A model generated the notes under the pieces. The model made no database searches, was not told the origin of the DNA, and saw only the letters and a list, made by a program, of their open reading frames with translations. Of a stretch of DNA of 28,713 nt, positions 17,219 to 25,535 are shown piece by piece. Origin of the DNA: Vicinamibacteria bacterium (lineage in GTDB: Bacteria; Acidobacteriota; Vicinamibacteria; Fen-336; JAGNNV01); the NCBI GenBank assembly GCA_031405615.1, contig JANNJB010000268.1, positions 1-28,713 of the forward strand. Direction: 5' to 3'. Each line of letters begins with the position of its first letter. Position 1 is the first letter of the stretch. The translations under genes were made by a program, and so were the position numbers.

Positions 17219-18361
17219 ATGTCGGCTACGCCGCGCGCGCACGTCGAAGGTCGCCTCGAGGTGGAAGAACTGAGCTCGATGGTCGCGTTCCTGGCGCTCG
17301 AATCCGAGTGGAACGCGCTGGTTGAAGCCAGCGTCGCCTTGCCGTTCCTCCGCCACGAGTGCATCCGCGCCTGGCTCTTCAACTTCGCACCCTCCTCGCG
17401 GCTCGTGATCCTGATTGCACGAGACCAGGGCGGGAACCTCGTGGCCGCCCTCCCTCTGATTTCCGAGAGAGGTTTGGTCTGCGGCCTGCCCGCCCGACAG
17501 CTGGTGGCGGCGGCCAACACGCACTCCTCGCGGTTCGACCTCATCGCCTCGGACCCGCGGGTCGCGGGTCGTGCTTTCCTCGACTATCTCCTCCAAAGGC
17601 CCGGCTGGGACCTCCTGCGGATCATCGACGTGCACGAAGGGGGCGCGGCCTGGCAGATGTACCGCGCGGCCGAGGATCTGGGGCTTCCGGTCGGGGCCTG
17701 GGAGGGAGAGCGCAGCCCCTATCTCGCCTTTCCCTCCACCTACGAAGAACTGCTCGCGACCAAGAGTCCGGCGTTCCGGGCGAACCTCCGGCGTCGGCGC
17801 CGGCAACTCGAGAAAGCCGGAGTCCTGACCGTGGAACGCGTCACCACCTGCGAGGGCCTGGTCGAGCGACTCGATGAAGGCATAGCACTCGAGCGCAGCG
17901 GGTGGAAGGGGAGGCGGGGAACCGCGATCGCCCAGGACAAGCGAACGCGCGATTTCTACACCGATGTCGCGAAGGGAGCGGCGCTTCACGGCTATCTCTC
18001 CCTCTTCTTTCTGCGACTCGACGGCCGGCCCATCGCGTTTCACTTTGGCCTCGTCCACGACGGCGTCTACTCCGTGCCGAAGCTCGCGTACGACGAAGCG
18101 CTTCGGGGTGCGAGTCCGGGCCTCGTGCTGGTGGAAGAGGTGATCAAGGACGGCATCTCCCGCGGACTGCGCGGGTACGACTTTCTGGGCGCCGAGGCCG
18201 AGTGGAAGAACAAATGGAGCTCGAGCGTGCGGCCGAACCACTGGCTCTTCATCTTTCGGGACACCCTTCTGGGCCGCGCGCTGCGCAGGGCGAAGTTCGG
18301 CTGGCTGCCCGCGGCGCGACGCGTCCTTCAAGGCGTGGACAAGATGGGAGCGGCGGAATGA
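17219..18361 (+). CDS. GNAT-family protein, CelD/BcsL type, copy 2
   Basis: EWNALV...PFLRHE; SPY...FRANLRRRR; PKLAYDE...SPGLVL...YDFLG. ATG 17219 has GAGG upstream; GTG 17201 (GTGA overlap) is an alternative in-frame start. Confidence 0.85.
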   Translation: MSATPRAHVEGRLEVEELSSMVAFLALESEWNALVEASVALPFLRHECIRAWLFNFAPSSRLVILIARDQGGNLVAALPLISERGLVCGLPARQLVAAANTHSSRFDLIASDPRVAGRAFLDYLLQRPGWDLLRIIDVHEGGAAWQMYRAAEDLGLPVGAWEGERSPYLAFPSTYEELLATKSPAFRANLRRRRRQLEKAGVLTVERVTTCEGLVERLDEGIALERSGWKGRRGTAIAQDKRTRDFYTDVAKGAALHGYLSLFFLRLDGRPIAFHFGLVHDGVYSVPKLAYDEALRGASPGLVLVEEVIKDGISRGLRGYDFLGAEAEWKNKWSSSVRPNHWLFIFRDTLLGRALRRAKFGWLPAARRVLQGVDKMGAAE

Positions 18362-19515
18362 GCGCCCCCCAGATCTTCGTGCCCGCGTTTCCCACCATCC
18401 AGCCGGAGATGCTGCTGGGGTTGAAGCGCGGATCACTCGCGGCCCGCCATCCCTTCTCCGCGCCCTCGGCTCGCCCTTTCTACTTCGCGCGAAACGCGAT
18501 ATGGCACGCCGCGAAGACCCTCGGTCTCGACCACGGCGAGGTGGTGGTTCCGGCCTACCACCACGGGGTCGAGATCGAAGCTCTCCTCGACGCGGGCGCC
18601 CGGCTGCGGTTTTATGGAGTCGGCCCGAGGTTTGAGATCGACCTCGAGGAGGTCGAACGTCTCATCGGGCCGGAAACCAAAGCGCTCTACCTCACCCACT
18701 TTCTCGGCTTCCCGGGTCCGGTTCGTGCGATGAAGGCGCTCGCGATCAAGCACGGTCTGCCTCTCATCGAGGATTGCGCTCTCGCACTCTTCTCTGCGGA
18801 TTCTGACCTCCCCCTCGGCGTCACCGGCGACGTGTCGATCTTCTGTCTCTACAAGGTCCTCGCGGTTCCCGATGGCGGACTGCTCGTCCATCCGGAAGGG
18901 GAGAGAGGGATGGCGCAGAAGGGTCCGCGCCCGCCCCTCGCCTCGACGGTCGCGGCCGTAACCTCCTCGACTCTGCGCAACGTTGCGCTCCGGGGCGGAA
19001 GGGTCGGACGAGGCCTGCGGGCCATGATCCTGGGCCTGGGCCACGGCGCGCTTAAAGCCTCCAGGGTGAAGCCCGTCCTTGCCGGCACGCAGTTCTTCAA
19101 TCGTGATCATGCGCATCTTGGGATGAGCCGCTTCACCGAGCATCTGCTCGGGCGCCAGGACGTATCAGGGATCATCGAGCGCCGCCGCCGCAACTACCTC
19201 TACCTGCTCGAGCGTCTTCGCGATGTGTCGCCGCCTCTCTTCGACGAGCTTCCACCCGGCGTGGTGCCGCTGTGTTATCCGATGCTCGTCTTTGACAACC
19301 GCGCTTTCATGGAAGAGCTCGTGGGCCGGGGGATCGAGGCCGTCGACTTCTGGCGGGAGGGTCACCCGGCTTGTGATGTCTCCCGCTTCCCCGAAGTGGC
19401 CCGGTTGCGCCGCAGCCTGGTGGAGGTTCCCTGCCACCAGGACATCGACCTCGAAACGCTCTCGGTCATGGTGGGCGTGATTCGCGACGTTGTGCAACGT
19501 CACCCGGGAGTGTGA
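18358..19515 (+). CDS. DegT/DnrJ/EryC1/StrS-family PLP-dependent aminotransferase-like protein
   Basis: EVVVPAY, LTHFLGFP, LIEDCA, GDVSIFCLYKVLAVPDGG (putative PLP Lys at 18853-18855), RRRNY, PCHQ near the C-terminus. Start ATG 18358 (ATGA overlap). Confidence 0.8.
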   Translation: MSAPQIFVPAFPTIQPEMLLGLKRGSLAARHPFSAPSARPFYFARNAIWHAAKTLGLDHGEVVVPAYHHGVEIEALLDAGARLRFYGVGPRFEIDLEEVERLIGPETKALYLTHFLGFPGPVRAMKALAIKHGLPLIEDCALALFSADSDLPLGVTGDVSIFCLYKVLAVPDGGLLVHPEGERGMAQKGPRPPLASTVAAVTSSTLRNVALRGGRVGRGLRAMILGLGHGALKASRVKPVLAGTQFFNRDHAHLGMSRFTEHLLGRQDVSGIIERRRRNYLYLLERLRDVSPPLFDELPPGVVPLCYPMLVFDNRAFMEELVGRGIEAVDFWREGHPACDVSRFPEVARLRRSLVEVPCHQDIDLETLSVMVGVIRDVVQRHPGV

Positions 19516-20660
19516 TGACCACCGAGGACCTCAAGGATCTCTCCGCCTTCTCCATGATCCGCGACGACTGGAATGGCCTGGTGGACGAGAGCGATCCCCA
19601 GCCTTTCTACCGCCACGAATACATCAAGGCGTTCATGGCGAACTTCCTCAAGGGAGCGCCGCTCAAAGTGGTGACCGTCCGCGACGCGTCGGGCCGGTTG
19701 ACCGCGGCGCTTCCCCTTGCCGCGGGGCGTGGCTCGATCTGGGGCATCGGCACGCGCGAACTGGCGTCGCCGACCAACGTCCACTCGCTCCGTTTCGACT
19801 TCATGGCCGCGGAGGGAACGCCCGCTTTCACGGGCGAGGCAGCGCAGGCGGTGTTCCAACATCTGGCTGCGGACCCGAGCTGGGACGTCTTGAAACTCAC
19901 GGACATCCCGGAAGGCGGCAAGGCCTGGAGCCTGTTTGAAGCGGCGCAGGCCGCCGGACTTCCGGTGGGGGCCTGGAAGTCCCAGTGCAGTCCTTACATT
20001 GAACTTCCCGATTCTCAGGAAAGTCTGATGAAGAGCCTGAGCGCCAAGTTCAGGGCAAACCTGCGGCGACGCAGGAAACGCCTTGCCGAAAATGGGGAGA
20101 TCACGGTGGAGCGTCTCTCGGGAGCCACGTTGTCACCGCGCCACATCGAAGAGGCCCTGCTCATGGAATCGGGAGGCTGGAAGGGACGGCAAGGCAGTGC
20201 GGTGAACCAGAGCGAGGCCATCCGTGGATTCCATCGAGAGTTGTTTCTGGACTCGGAATACCGGGAGCGGCTCTCGCTTTTCCGCTTGAAGCTTAAGGAC
20301 CAGCCGATCGCCTTTCAGTACGGAATCACCACAAACGGCGTGTTTTCACTGGTGATGACCAGCTATGACGAGTCTTTTTCGTCGTTTAGTCCGGGTCATC
20401 TCCTCACCGAAGAAGTGCTCAAGGACTGTGTGTCGCGCGGGCTTCGGGAGTTCGATTTCCTGGGCTGCGATCTGCCCTGGAAACTCGAGTGGACAAGCGC
20501 CGTCCGGGCGCACCACTGGCTTTTCATTTTCCGGGACAGCGCGCGTGGACGCCTGCTTCGGAAGATCAAGTTCTCGTGGGTCCAAACGGCCCGCCAATTG
20601 CTTACAAAGTGGCGTATGCATTTCCTGCCCGATCCTCGCCTGCCGGGGCAAGCCGCGTGA
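19512..20660 (+). CDS. GNAT-family protein, CelD/BcsL type, copy 3
   Basis: DWNGLV...PFYRHEY; SPYIELP...FRANLRRRR; SYDE...SPGHLL...FDFLG; close paralog of copy 2. GTG 19512 or ATG 19515 overlap the previous stop. Confidence 0.85.
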   Translation: MMTTEDLKDLSAFSMIRDDWNGLVDESDPQPFYRHEYIKAFMANFLKGAPLKVVTVRDASGRLTAALPLAAGRGSIWGIGTRELASPTNVHSLRFDFMAAEGTPAFTGEAAQAVFQHLAADPSWDVLKLTDIPEGGKAWSLFEAAQAAGLPVGAWKSQCSPYIELPDSQESLMKSLSAKFRANLRRRRKRLAENGEITVERLSGATLSPRHIEEALLMESGGWKGRQGSAVNQSEAIRGFHRELFLDSEYRERLSLFRLKLKDQPIAFQYGITTNGVFSLVMTSYDESFSSFSPGHLLTEEVLKDCVSRGLREFDFLGCDLPWKLEWTSAVRAHHWLFIFRDSARGRLLRKIKFSWVQTARQLLTKWRMHFLPDPRLPGQAA

Positions 20661-23395
20661 ACAGCCTCCTGGCCGTCGTGATGGCCGCGGCCCTCTCTCA
20701 GGGAAGGGTCGAGTTGCCTCGCGTCCAGGTGGATGTCGCCTATCCTGCTCTCACCGGCCGGACGATCCGCGTCGCCGCCGCGGACGACTTCCAGGCCGCG
20801 CTCGAAGCGGCGCGTCCCGGCGACGAAATCACCCTTGCCGCGGGTGCTGTGTTCACGGGCCCTTTCACTCTCCCCGCAAAAACCGGGACGGGCTGGATTG
20901 TCGTGCGGTCGAGCGAGAGCGGACGCCTGACCAAAGGCAAACGGGTGACGCCGGAAGACGCTGCGTTGATGCCCAAGCTCGAATCGCGCTGGGGAGCGGT
21001 GATCAGCGCGGAGATCGGGTCGCATCACTTCCGCTTCGTGGGCATCGAGATAAGGCCGGTTCAGAACGCATCTCTCACGAACGTCCTTCTGTTGGGATCC
21101 CGGGAAACCGTGCTGTCCGAAGTTCCCCACCACTTCGTTATCGATCGCTGTTTCATTCACGGAGACCCCGTTCGCGGTTCGCGCCGCGGCATTGCCCTTG
21201 GATCGGGGGATACCGCGGTCATCGACTCGTGGATTTCCGATTTCAAGGAGGGGACGGCCGACTCTCAGGCGATCGCGGGCTGGAACGGGCCCGGTCCCTA
21301 CCGCATCGAGAACAACTATCTCGAGGGCGCCGGTGAAAACCTGATGTTTGGCGGCGCCGATCCCCGCGTCCAGGGTCTCGTGCCTGAAGATATCGAGATC
21401 CTTCGGAACCACTTCAAGAAGCCGCTCACCTGGAAGACCGGCGATGCGGCCTACGCGGGCGCCAAGTGGACGATCAAGAACCTGCTCGAACTCAAGAACG
21501 CGCGGCGCGTCCTGATCGCCTCGAATCTCTTCGAGCAGAACTGGGTCGCCGCGCAGAGTGGTTTCGCCATTCTCTTCACCGTGCGCAACCAGGACGGCAA
21601 GTCGCCCTGGTCCGTGGTGGAAGATGTCACCTTCGAGAACAACGTGATTCGCCACTCCGCCTCGGGGATCAACATCCTCGGGCACGACGACGCCGCGCCC
21701 AGCGGGCGCACCGCGCGGATCGCCATTCGCAACAACCTCTTCGAGGATATCGGCGGGGAACGGTGGGGGGGAGGCGGGAGACTTTTCCAGATTCTGCAAG
21801 GAGCAAAGGAGGTGTCCATCGAGCACAACACCGCGCTCCAGACCGGCAGCATCGTTATGGCCGAGGGGCCGCCGAATCCGGGTTTTGTCTACAGAGACAA
21901 TATCGCGCCGCATAACGCCCAGGGCATCGTGGGCACCGGCGTCGCTTCCGGCCTGCCCACACGCGCGGCCTTCTTCCCGGATGGCGTCTTCCGTCGGAAC
22001 GTGATCGCGGGCGGCCAGGCCTCGAACTATCCGCCCGACAACTTCTTCCCGGGCTCCCTCGACGACGTGGGCTTTTTGAACCGCAAAAACCGCGACTATC
22101 GGCTGAGCGCCTCGAGCCCGTACCGCCTCGCTGCCAGTGACGGGTCGGATGTGGGCGCGGATTTCGAGAAGCTGCGCGACGCCCTTTCCGCGGCCACCAG
22201 CGCGCCCATGGCTCAAGGCTCGATGGTCGATCCGGCTGGGTCAGTTGAGACCGGGCCCTTGGCGACTCAATCGGTTTTCTGGGTATCGGTGCTTCTGCTC
22301 GGCTACGCCAACGTCGGCTATCCGGCATTGCTGCTCCTCTGGGCTCGCATGCGCCCCCGACCGGTCCTTAAGGGGCAACTCGAGCCGCGGGTGACCATGG
22401 TCATCGCCGCGCACAATGAGGAAAAGGCGATCGACGCCCGCCTGAACAACCTCCTCTCCCTTGATTACCCGAAGGATCGCTTCAACATCCTGCTCGGCCT
22501 CGACGGTTGCTCGGACAAGACCGCCGAACTCGCCCGCGTCCATGAAGGCGAGCGGGTCCGCGTGGTCGAGTTCGAAGCCCGGCGCGGGAAACCGAGCGTC
22601 CTCAATGCGCTCCTGCCCATGGCGAGCGGAGACATCGTGGTGTTTGGAGACGCACGGCAGCGCTACGGCCGCGGCGCCCTCAAGGCTCTGGTGGCGCCCT
22701 TCGCGGACCCTGAAGTGGGAGCGGTGAGCGGGGAGCTGATTCTGACCGAAGGCGAAGGCCGGCCTCTCGAGAAGGGCCTCGGCCTCTACTGGCGCATGGA
22801 GAAGGCGATCCGTCGCTGCGAAAGCGAAGTTGGTTCCGTCGTGGGTGTGACGGGCGCCATCTACGCGATGCGTCGCGAGTTGTTCGAGCCGCTTCCCGTG
22901 GACACCATTCTCGATGACGTCCTCGCTCCGATGCGCGTGGTCCGCCGCGGTTTCCGCGTGGTCTTCGAGCCTCTGGCCCGCGCCTATGACAAGGCGCCCA
23001 CATCCCTGGGCGGGGAGTTCGCCCGCAAGGTCCGAACGATCTCCGGCAACTTCCAGCTGTTCGCGCGCGAGACCTGGCTGCTTGGCTTCGGCAATCCGCT
23101 CCTCCTGCAGACCCTGTCTCACAAGGGCTTGCGCCTGCTCACTCCGATGCTCCTTCTCATGGCGCTTGGCGCGAACCTCCTCCTCCTCGATCGTCCACTC
23201 TTTCAGCTGATCCTGCTGGCCCAGATCGCCTTCTATCTGACCGCGATCTTTGGACACTCCCTGCGGCACCTGAAGATCCCCGGTCTCGGCGTGCCCTACG
23301 TTGTCTGCATGCTTGCAAGCGCCACCGCGCTCGCCTTCTTCCGGCACGCCAGCGGTCAGCAAAAAGTGACCTGGGTGAGGGAGGGAGAGGCGTGA
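20657..23395 (+). CDS. Fusion protein: right-handed parallel beta-helix (pectate-lyase-like) domain + membrane-bound GT2 (CESA-like/IcaA-like)
   Basis: Short signal-like N-terminus; DFQAALEAARPGDEITL and repeated beta-helix-type motifs (IENNYLE, IASNLFE, FENNVI, IRNNLF, IEHNT, FRRNVI). After ~22270: TM, then VIAAHNEE, LDGCSD, GKPSVLN, FGDARQ, GAIYAMRR, LDDV, RKVR and C-terminal TMs. Start GTG 20657 (GTGA overlap), 912 aa. Confidence 0.82.
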   Translation: MNSLLAVVMAAALSQGRVELPRVQVDVAYPALTGRTIRVAAADDFQAALEAARPGDEITLAAGAVFTGPFTLPAKTGTGWIVVRSSESGRLTKGKRVTPEDAALMPKLESRWGAVISAEIGSHHFRFVGIEIRPVQNASLTNVLLLGSRETVLSEVPHHFVIDRCFIHGDPVRGSRRGIALGSGDTAVIDSWISDFKEGTADSQAIAGWNGPGPYRIENNYLEGAGENLMFGGADPRVQGLVPEDIEILRNHFKKPLTWKTGDAAYAGAKWTIKNLLELKNARRVLIASNLFEQNWVAAQSGFAILFTVRNQDGKSPWSVVEDVTFENNVIRHSASGINILGHDDAAPSGRTARIAIRNNLFEDIGGERWGGGGRLFQILQGAKEVSIEHNTALQTGSIVMAEGPPNPGFVYRDNIAPHNAQGIVGTGVASGLPTRAAFFPDGVFRRNVIAGGQASNYPPDNFFPGSLDDVGFLNRKNRDYRLSASSPYRLAASDGSDVGADFEKLRDALSAATSAPMAQGSMVDPAGSVETGPLATQSVFWVSVLLLGYANVGYPALLLLWARMRPRPVLKGQLEPRVTMVIAAHNEEKAIDARLNNLLSLDYPKDRFNILLGLDGCSDKTAELARVHEGERVRVVEFEARRGKPSVLNALLPMASGDIVVFGDARQRYGRGALKALVAPFADPEVGAVSGELILTEGEGRPLEKGLGLYWRMEKAIRRCESEVGSVVGVTGAIYAMRRELFEPLPVDTILDDVLAPMRVVRRGFRVVFEPLARAYDKAPTSLGGEFARKVRTISGNFQLFARETWLLGFGNPLLLQTLSHKGLRLLTPMLLLMALGANLLLLDRPLFQLILLAQIAFYLTAIFGHSLRHLKIPGLGVPYVVCMLASATALAFFRHASGQQKVTWVREGEA

Positions 23396-24399
23396 ACCTC
23401 GTCCTCCAACGCCGAGACGGCACGGTCGAGGTTGAAGAGCGTCCGGGCTCGATGCGCCTGGTGACCGCTCGTCCGCACGGAAGCGCTCCTATCTCCTGTC
23501 CCACCACCTACCCCGTTGATCTCATCGAGGCGATCGTCGACGTCAAAGGCGTCGCGTGGGTGTGCGATGAGATTTCCCGCGATCAGGATCCAGAATCGAT
23601 CCAGCGCTTCTTCGAGAACGACTTTCTGCCCTACGTGAGCGCCGCGGAGTTCGAGGGCAGGAGTGTGCTCGATTTCGGGTGCGGCTCGGGCTCTTCCACC
23701 ATGGTCCTGGCCCGGATGTTCCCCCGCTCGCGCATCGTCGGTATTGAACTCTCGCCCCAGTATCTCGACATTGCGCGGCGAAGGCTTCGGTTCTACGGAT
23801 ACCGAAACGTCGAGTTTCTTCTCTCGCCCTCCGGCACGAGTCTGCCCGAGGACCTCGGCCAGTTCGACTTCATCGTGATGAGCGCGGTGTTCGAGCATCT
23901 CCTGCCCGAAGAACGCCGGACGATCATGCCGCGCCTGTGGGCTCACCTCGCACCCGGAGGCCGCCTGCTCCTCAATCAGACCCCGCATCGCTTCTTCCCC
24001 TTCGAGAGCCACACCACGGGCCTGCCTCTTATCAACTATCTGCCGGACCGCGTCGCGCATTTCGTTTCGCGCCGTTTCTCGAACCGCTCGCTCGAAGCGG
24101 AGTCGTGGGAGTCTTTGCTGCGGAAAGGCATTCGCGGCGCCACCGAACGGGAAATCCTCGCGAGCCTGGGGCCTTTGACGAGCGGCGCGCGCGCGGCCCT
24201 CGTCGCACCCCGGCGACCGAAGTATCGAGACCGCGTCGACGTCTGGTACGCAGCGCTTGGGCCTCGTCACCGGACCCTCAAGGCGGGGTGCCGCGAGATG
24301 CTGCGCCTCGTCGAGCGCGTGGCGGGCACCACCCTGGTCGTGAATCTGGCCCTTGCGATCTCCAAGGACGCGGCCGCTGCGCAGGAGGGACACGTATGA
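23392..24399 (+). CDS. Class I SAM-dependent methyltransferase, copy 2 (with N-terminal extension)
   Basis: VLDFGCGSGSS, VGIELS, FDFIVMSAVFEHL, LAPGGRLLLNQTP; GTGA overlap. Confidence 0.88.
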   Translation: MNLVLQRRDGTVEVEERPGSMRLVTARPHGSAPISCPTTYPVDLIEAIVDVKGVAWVCDEISRDQDPESIQRFFENDFLPYVSAAEFEGRSVLDFGCGSGSSTMVLARMFPRSRIVGIELSPQYLDIARRRLRFYGYRNVEFLLSPSGTSLPEDLGQFDFIVMSAVFEHLLPEERRTIMPRLWAHLAPGGRLLLNQTPHRFFPFESHTTGLPLINYLPDRVAHFVSRRFSNRSLEAESWESLLRKGIRGATEREILASLGPLTSGARAALVAPRRPKYRDRVDVWYAALGPRHRTLKAGCREMLRLVERVAGTTLVVNLALAISKDAAAAQEGHV

Positions 24400-25535
24400 A
24401 GGGGCCGCGACGTCCGGCTCAAAGGCGAGGGAGCCCGATGCCGGGCAAGGCCACCGCACTCGGCCACCTGCTTGCCGGCACGCGGCGCCCGCTGCGCCGT
24501 GTTCTCGAACTGCTGAGCCGCGACGCCCACCGCGTGACCCGCGCTTTCCGCGGCCTCCTCCGGACCCTCGAACCGAGTCGCGATGCGTACACCAGACTTT
24601 TCCCTCCTGATCTCCTCCCGTGCTACTCGTTCCTGCTGGCCGAAGGCCCCATCAGTGTGCGGGGAGACGAAGCTTTCTGCCTCGCGGTGGAGCGAGCGGC
24701 GCTTACCCTGGTGAGCTCCGGCGTGCCCGAAAACCACGCGATAGCGGTGGTTGGACTTCATCTCGAGGCCTGTCTTCCTTCGCTGCCGGGCGTCGCGGAA
24801 GCCCGCGCGGCCGCCCGCCTCACTTCCGCGACCCAGTGGCTGGTGGCGGCTGCGTATTGCGAGGGACGGGTGGAGGGACTGCGGCGCCTCGACGACCAGG
24901 AGCGCCAGAAACTCTCCGGTGATCTCCATGATGAGGTCGGCGCGGATCTGGTGGTGCTCAAGCTCTATGTCGAGATGATCGCCTCCGAGCTTGCCCGCGG
25001 CCGTCGCACGCCGCTCGGGCCGAAGCTCGAAGAGGCCCTGGCGCTCATTGCCCATGCCATCGAGTCGGTGCGGCGCCTCACCCTCGACCTCGGGCCCGCC
25101 TTTTTAGACACCCTCGGCTTCATACCGGTCCTTCGAAATTTCGTTCGTCAGTATTCGCGGCGGACCGGCATCAAGGTGACTCTCGTGGAACCCGATTCGA
25201 CGGTCTCGATGCCCCCGGGCCACGAGGCAGCGCTCTATCGCGTCCTCCTGGGCGCCCTGTCGAACGTCGCGAAGCACGCCCGGGCCCGGCGGGCGAAAGT
25301 GACCCTGCGCAGCGCCTCCAACACTTTTGTGATGGTAGTGGAGGATGACGGCAAAGGCTTCGACGTCCGGGCGCAGCGTCCCGGTCACACGTTCGGTCTC
25401 AATGCGATGCGGGAGAGGATCCGCGGTCTGCACGGTCATCTCAAGGTCAGCTCGAAGCGAAAGGACCAGCGCGGCTCCGGGTCGGGAACGCGCCTCGAGA
25501 TCCGCCTTCCTCTGCGCAATGGAGCAGCTTCGTGA
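24396..25535 (+). CDS. Soluble sensor histidine kinase (HisKA_3, NarX/UhpB type)
   Basis: H-box ERQKLSGDLHDEVG (His 24927-24929), N-box LGALSNVAKHA, G-boxes VEDDGKGFD and FGLNAMRER; no TM segment seen. ATG 24396 has GGAGG upstream and an ATGA overlap; ATG 24438 is an alternative. Confidence 0.9.
   Translation: MKGPRRPAQRRGSPMPGKATALGHLLAGTRRPLRRVLELLSRDAHRVTRAFRGLLRTLEPSRDAYTRLFPPDLLPCYSFLLAEGPISVRGDEAFCLAVERAALTLVSSGVPENHAIAVVGLHLEACLPSLPGVAEARAAARLTSATQWLVAAAYCEGRVEGLRRLDDQERQKLSGDLHDEVGADLVVLKLYVEMIASELARGRRTPLGPKLEEALALIAHAIESVRRLTLDLGPAFLDTLGFIPVLRNFVRQYSRRTGIKVTLVEPDSTVSMPPGHEAALYRVLLGALSNVAKHARARRAKVTLRSASNTFVMVVEDDGKGFDVRAQRPGHTFGLNAMRERIRGLHGHLKVSSKRKDQRGSGSGTRLEIRLPLRNGAAS

Noticed and set aside
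20489-20656. Upstream extensions in the ORF track for several genes (also 2285, 3922, 7570, 9540, 15948, 17902, 23937)
   Set aside because: Each overlaps the previous real gene out of frame; downstream starts match stop/start overlaps and family N-termini.
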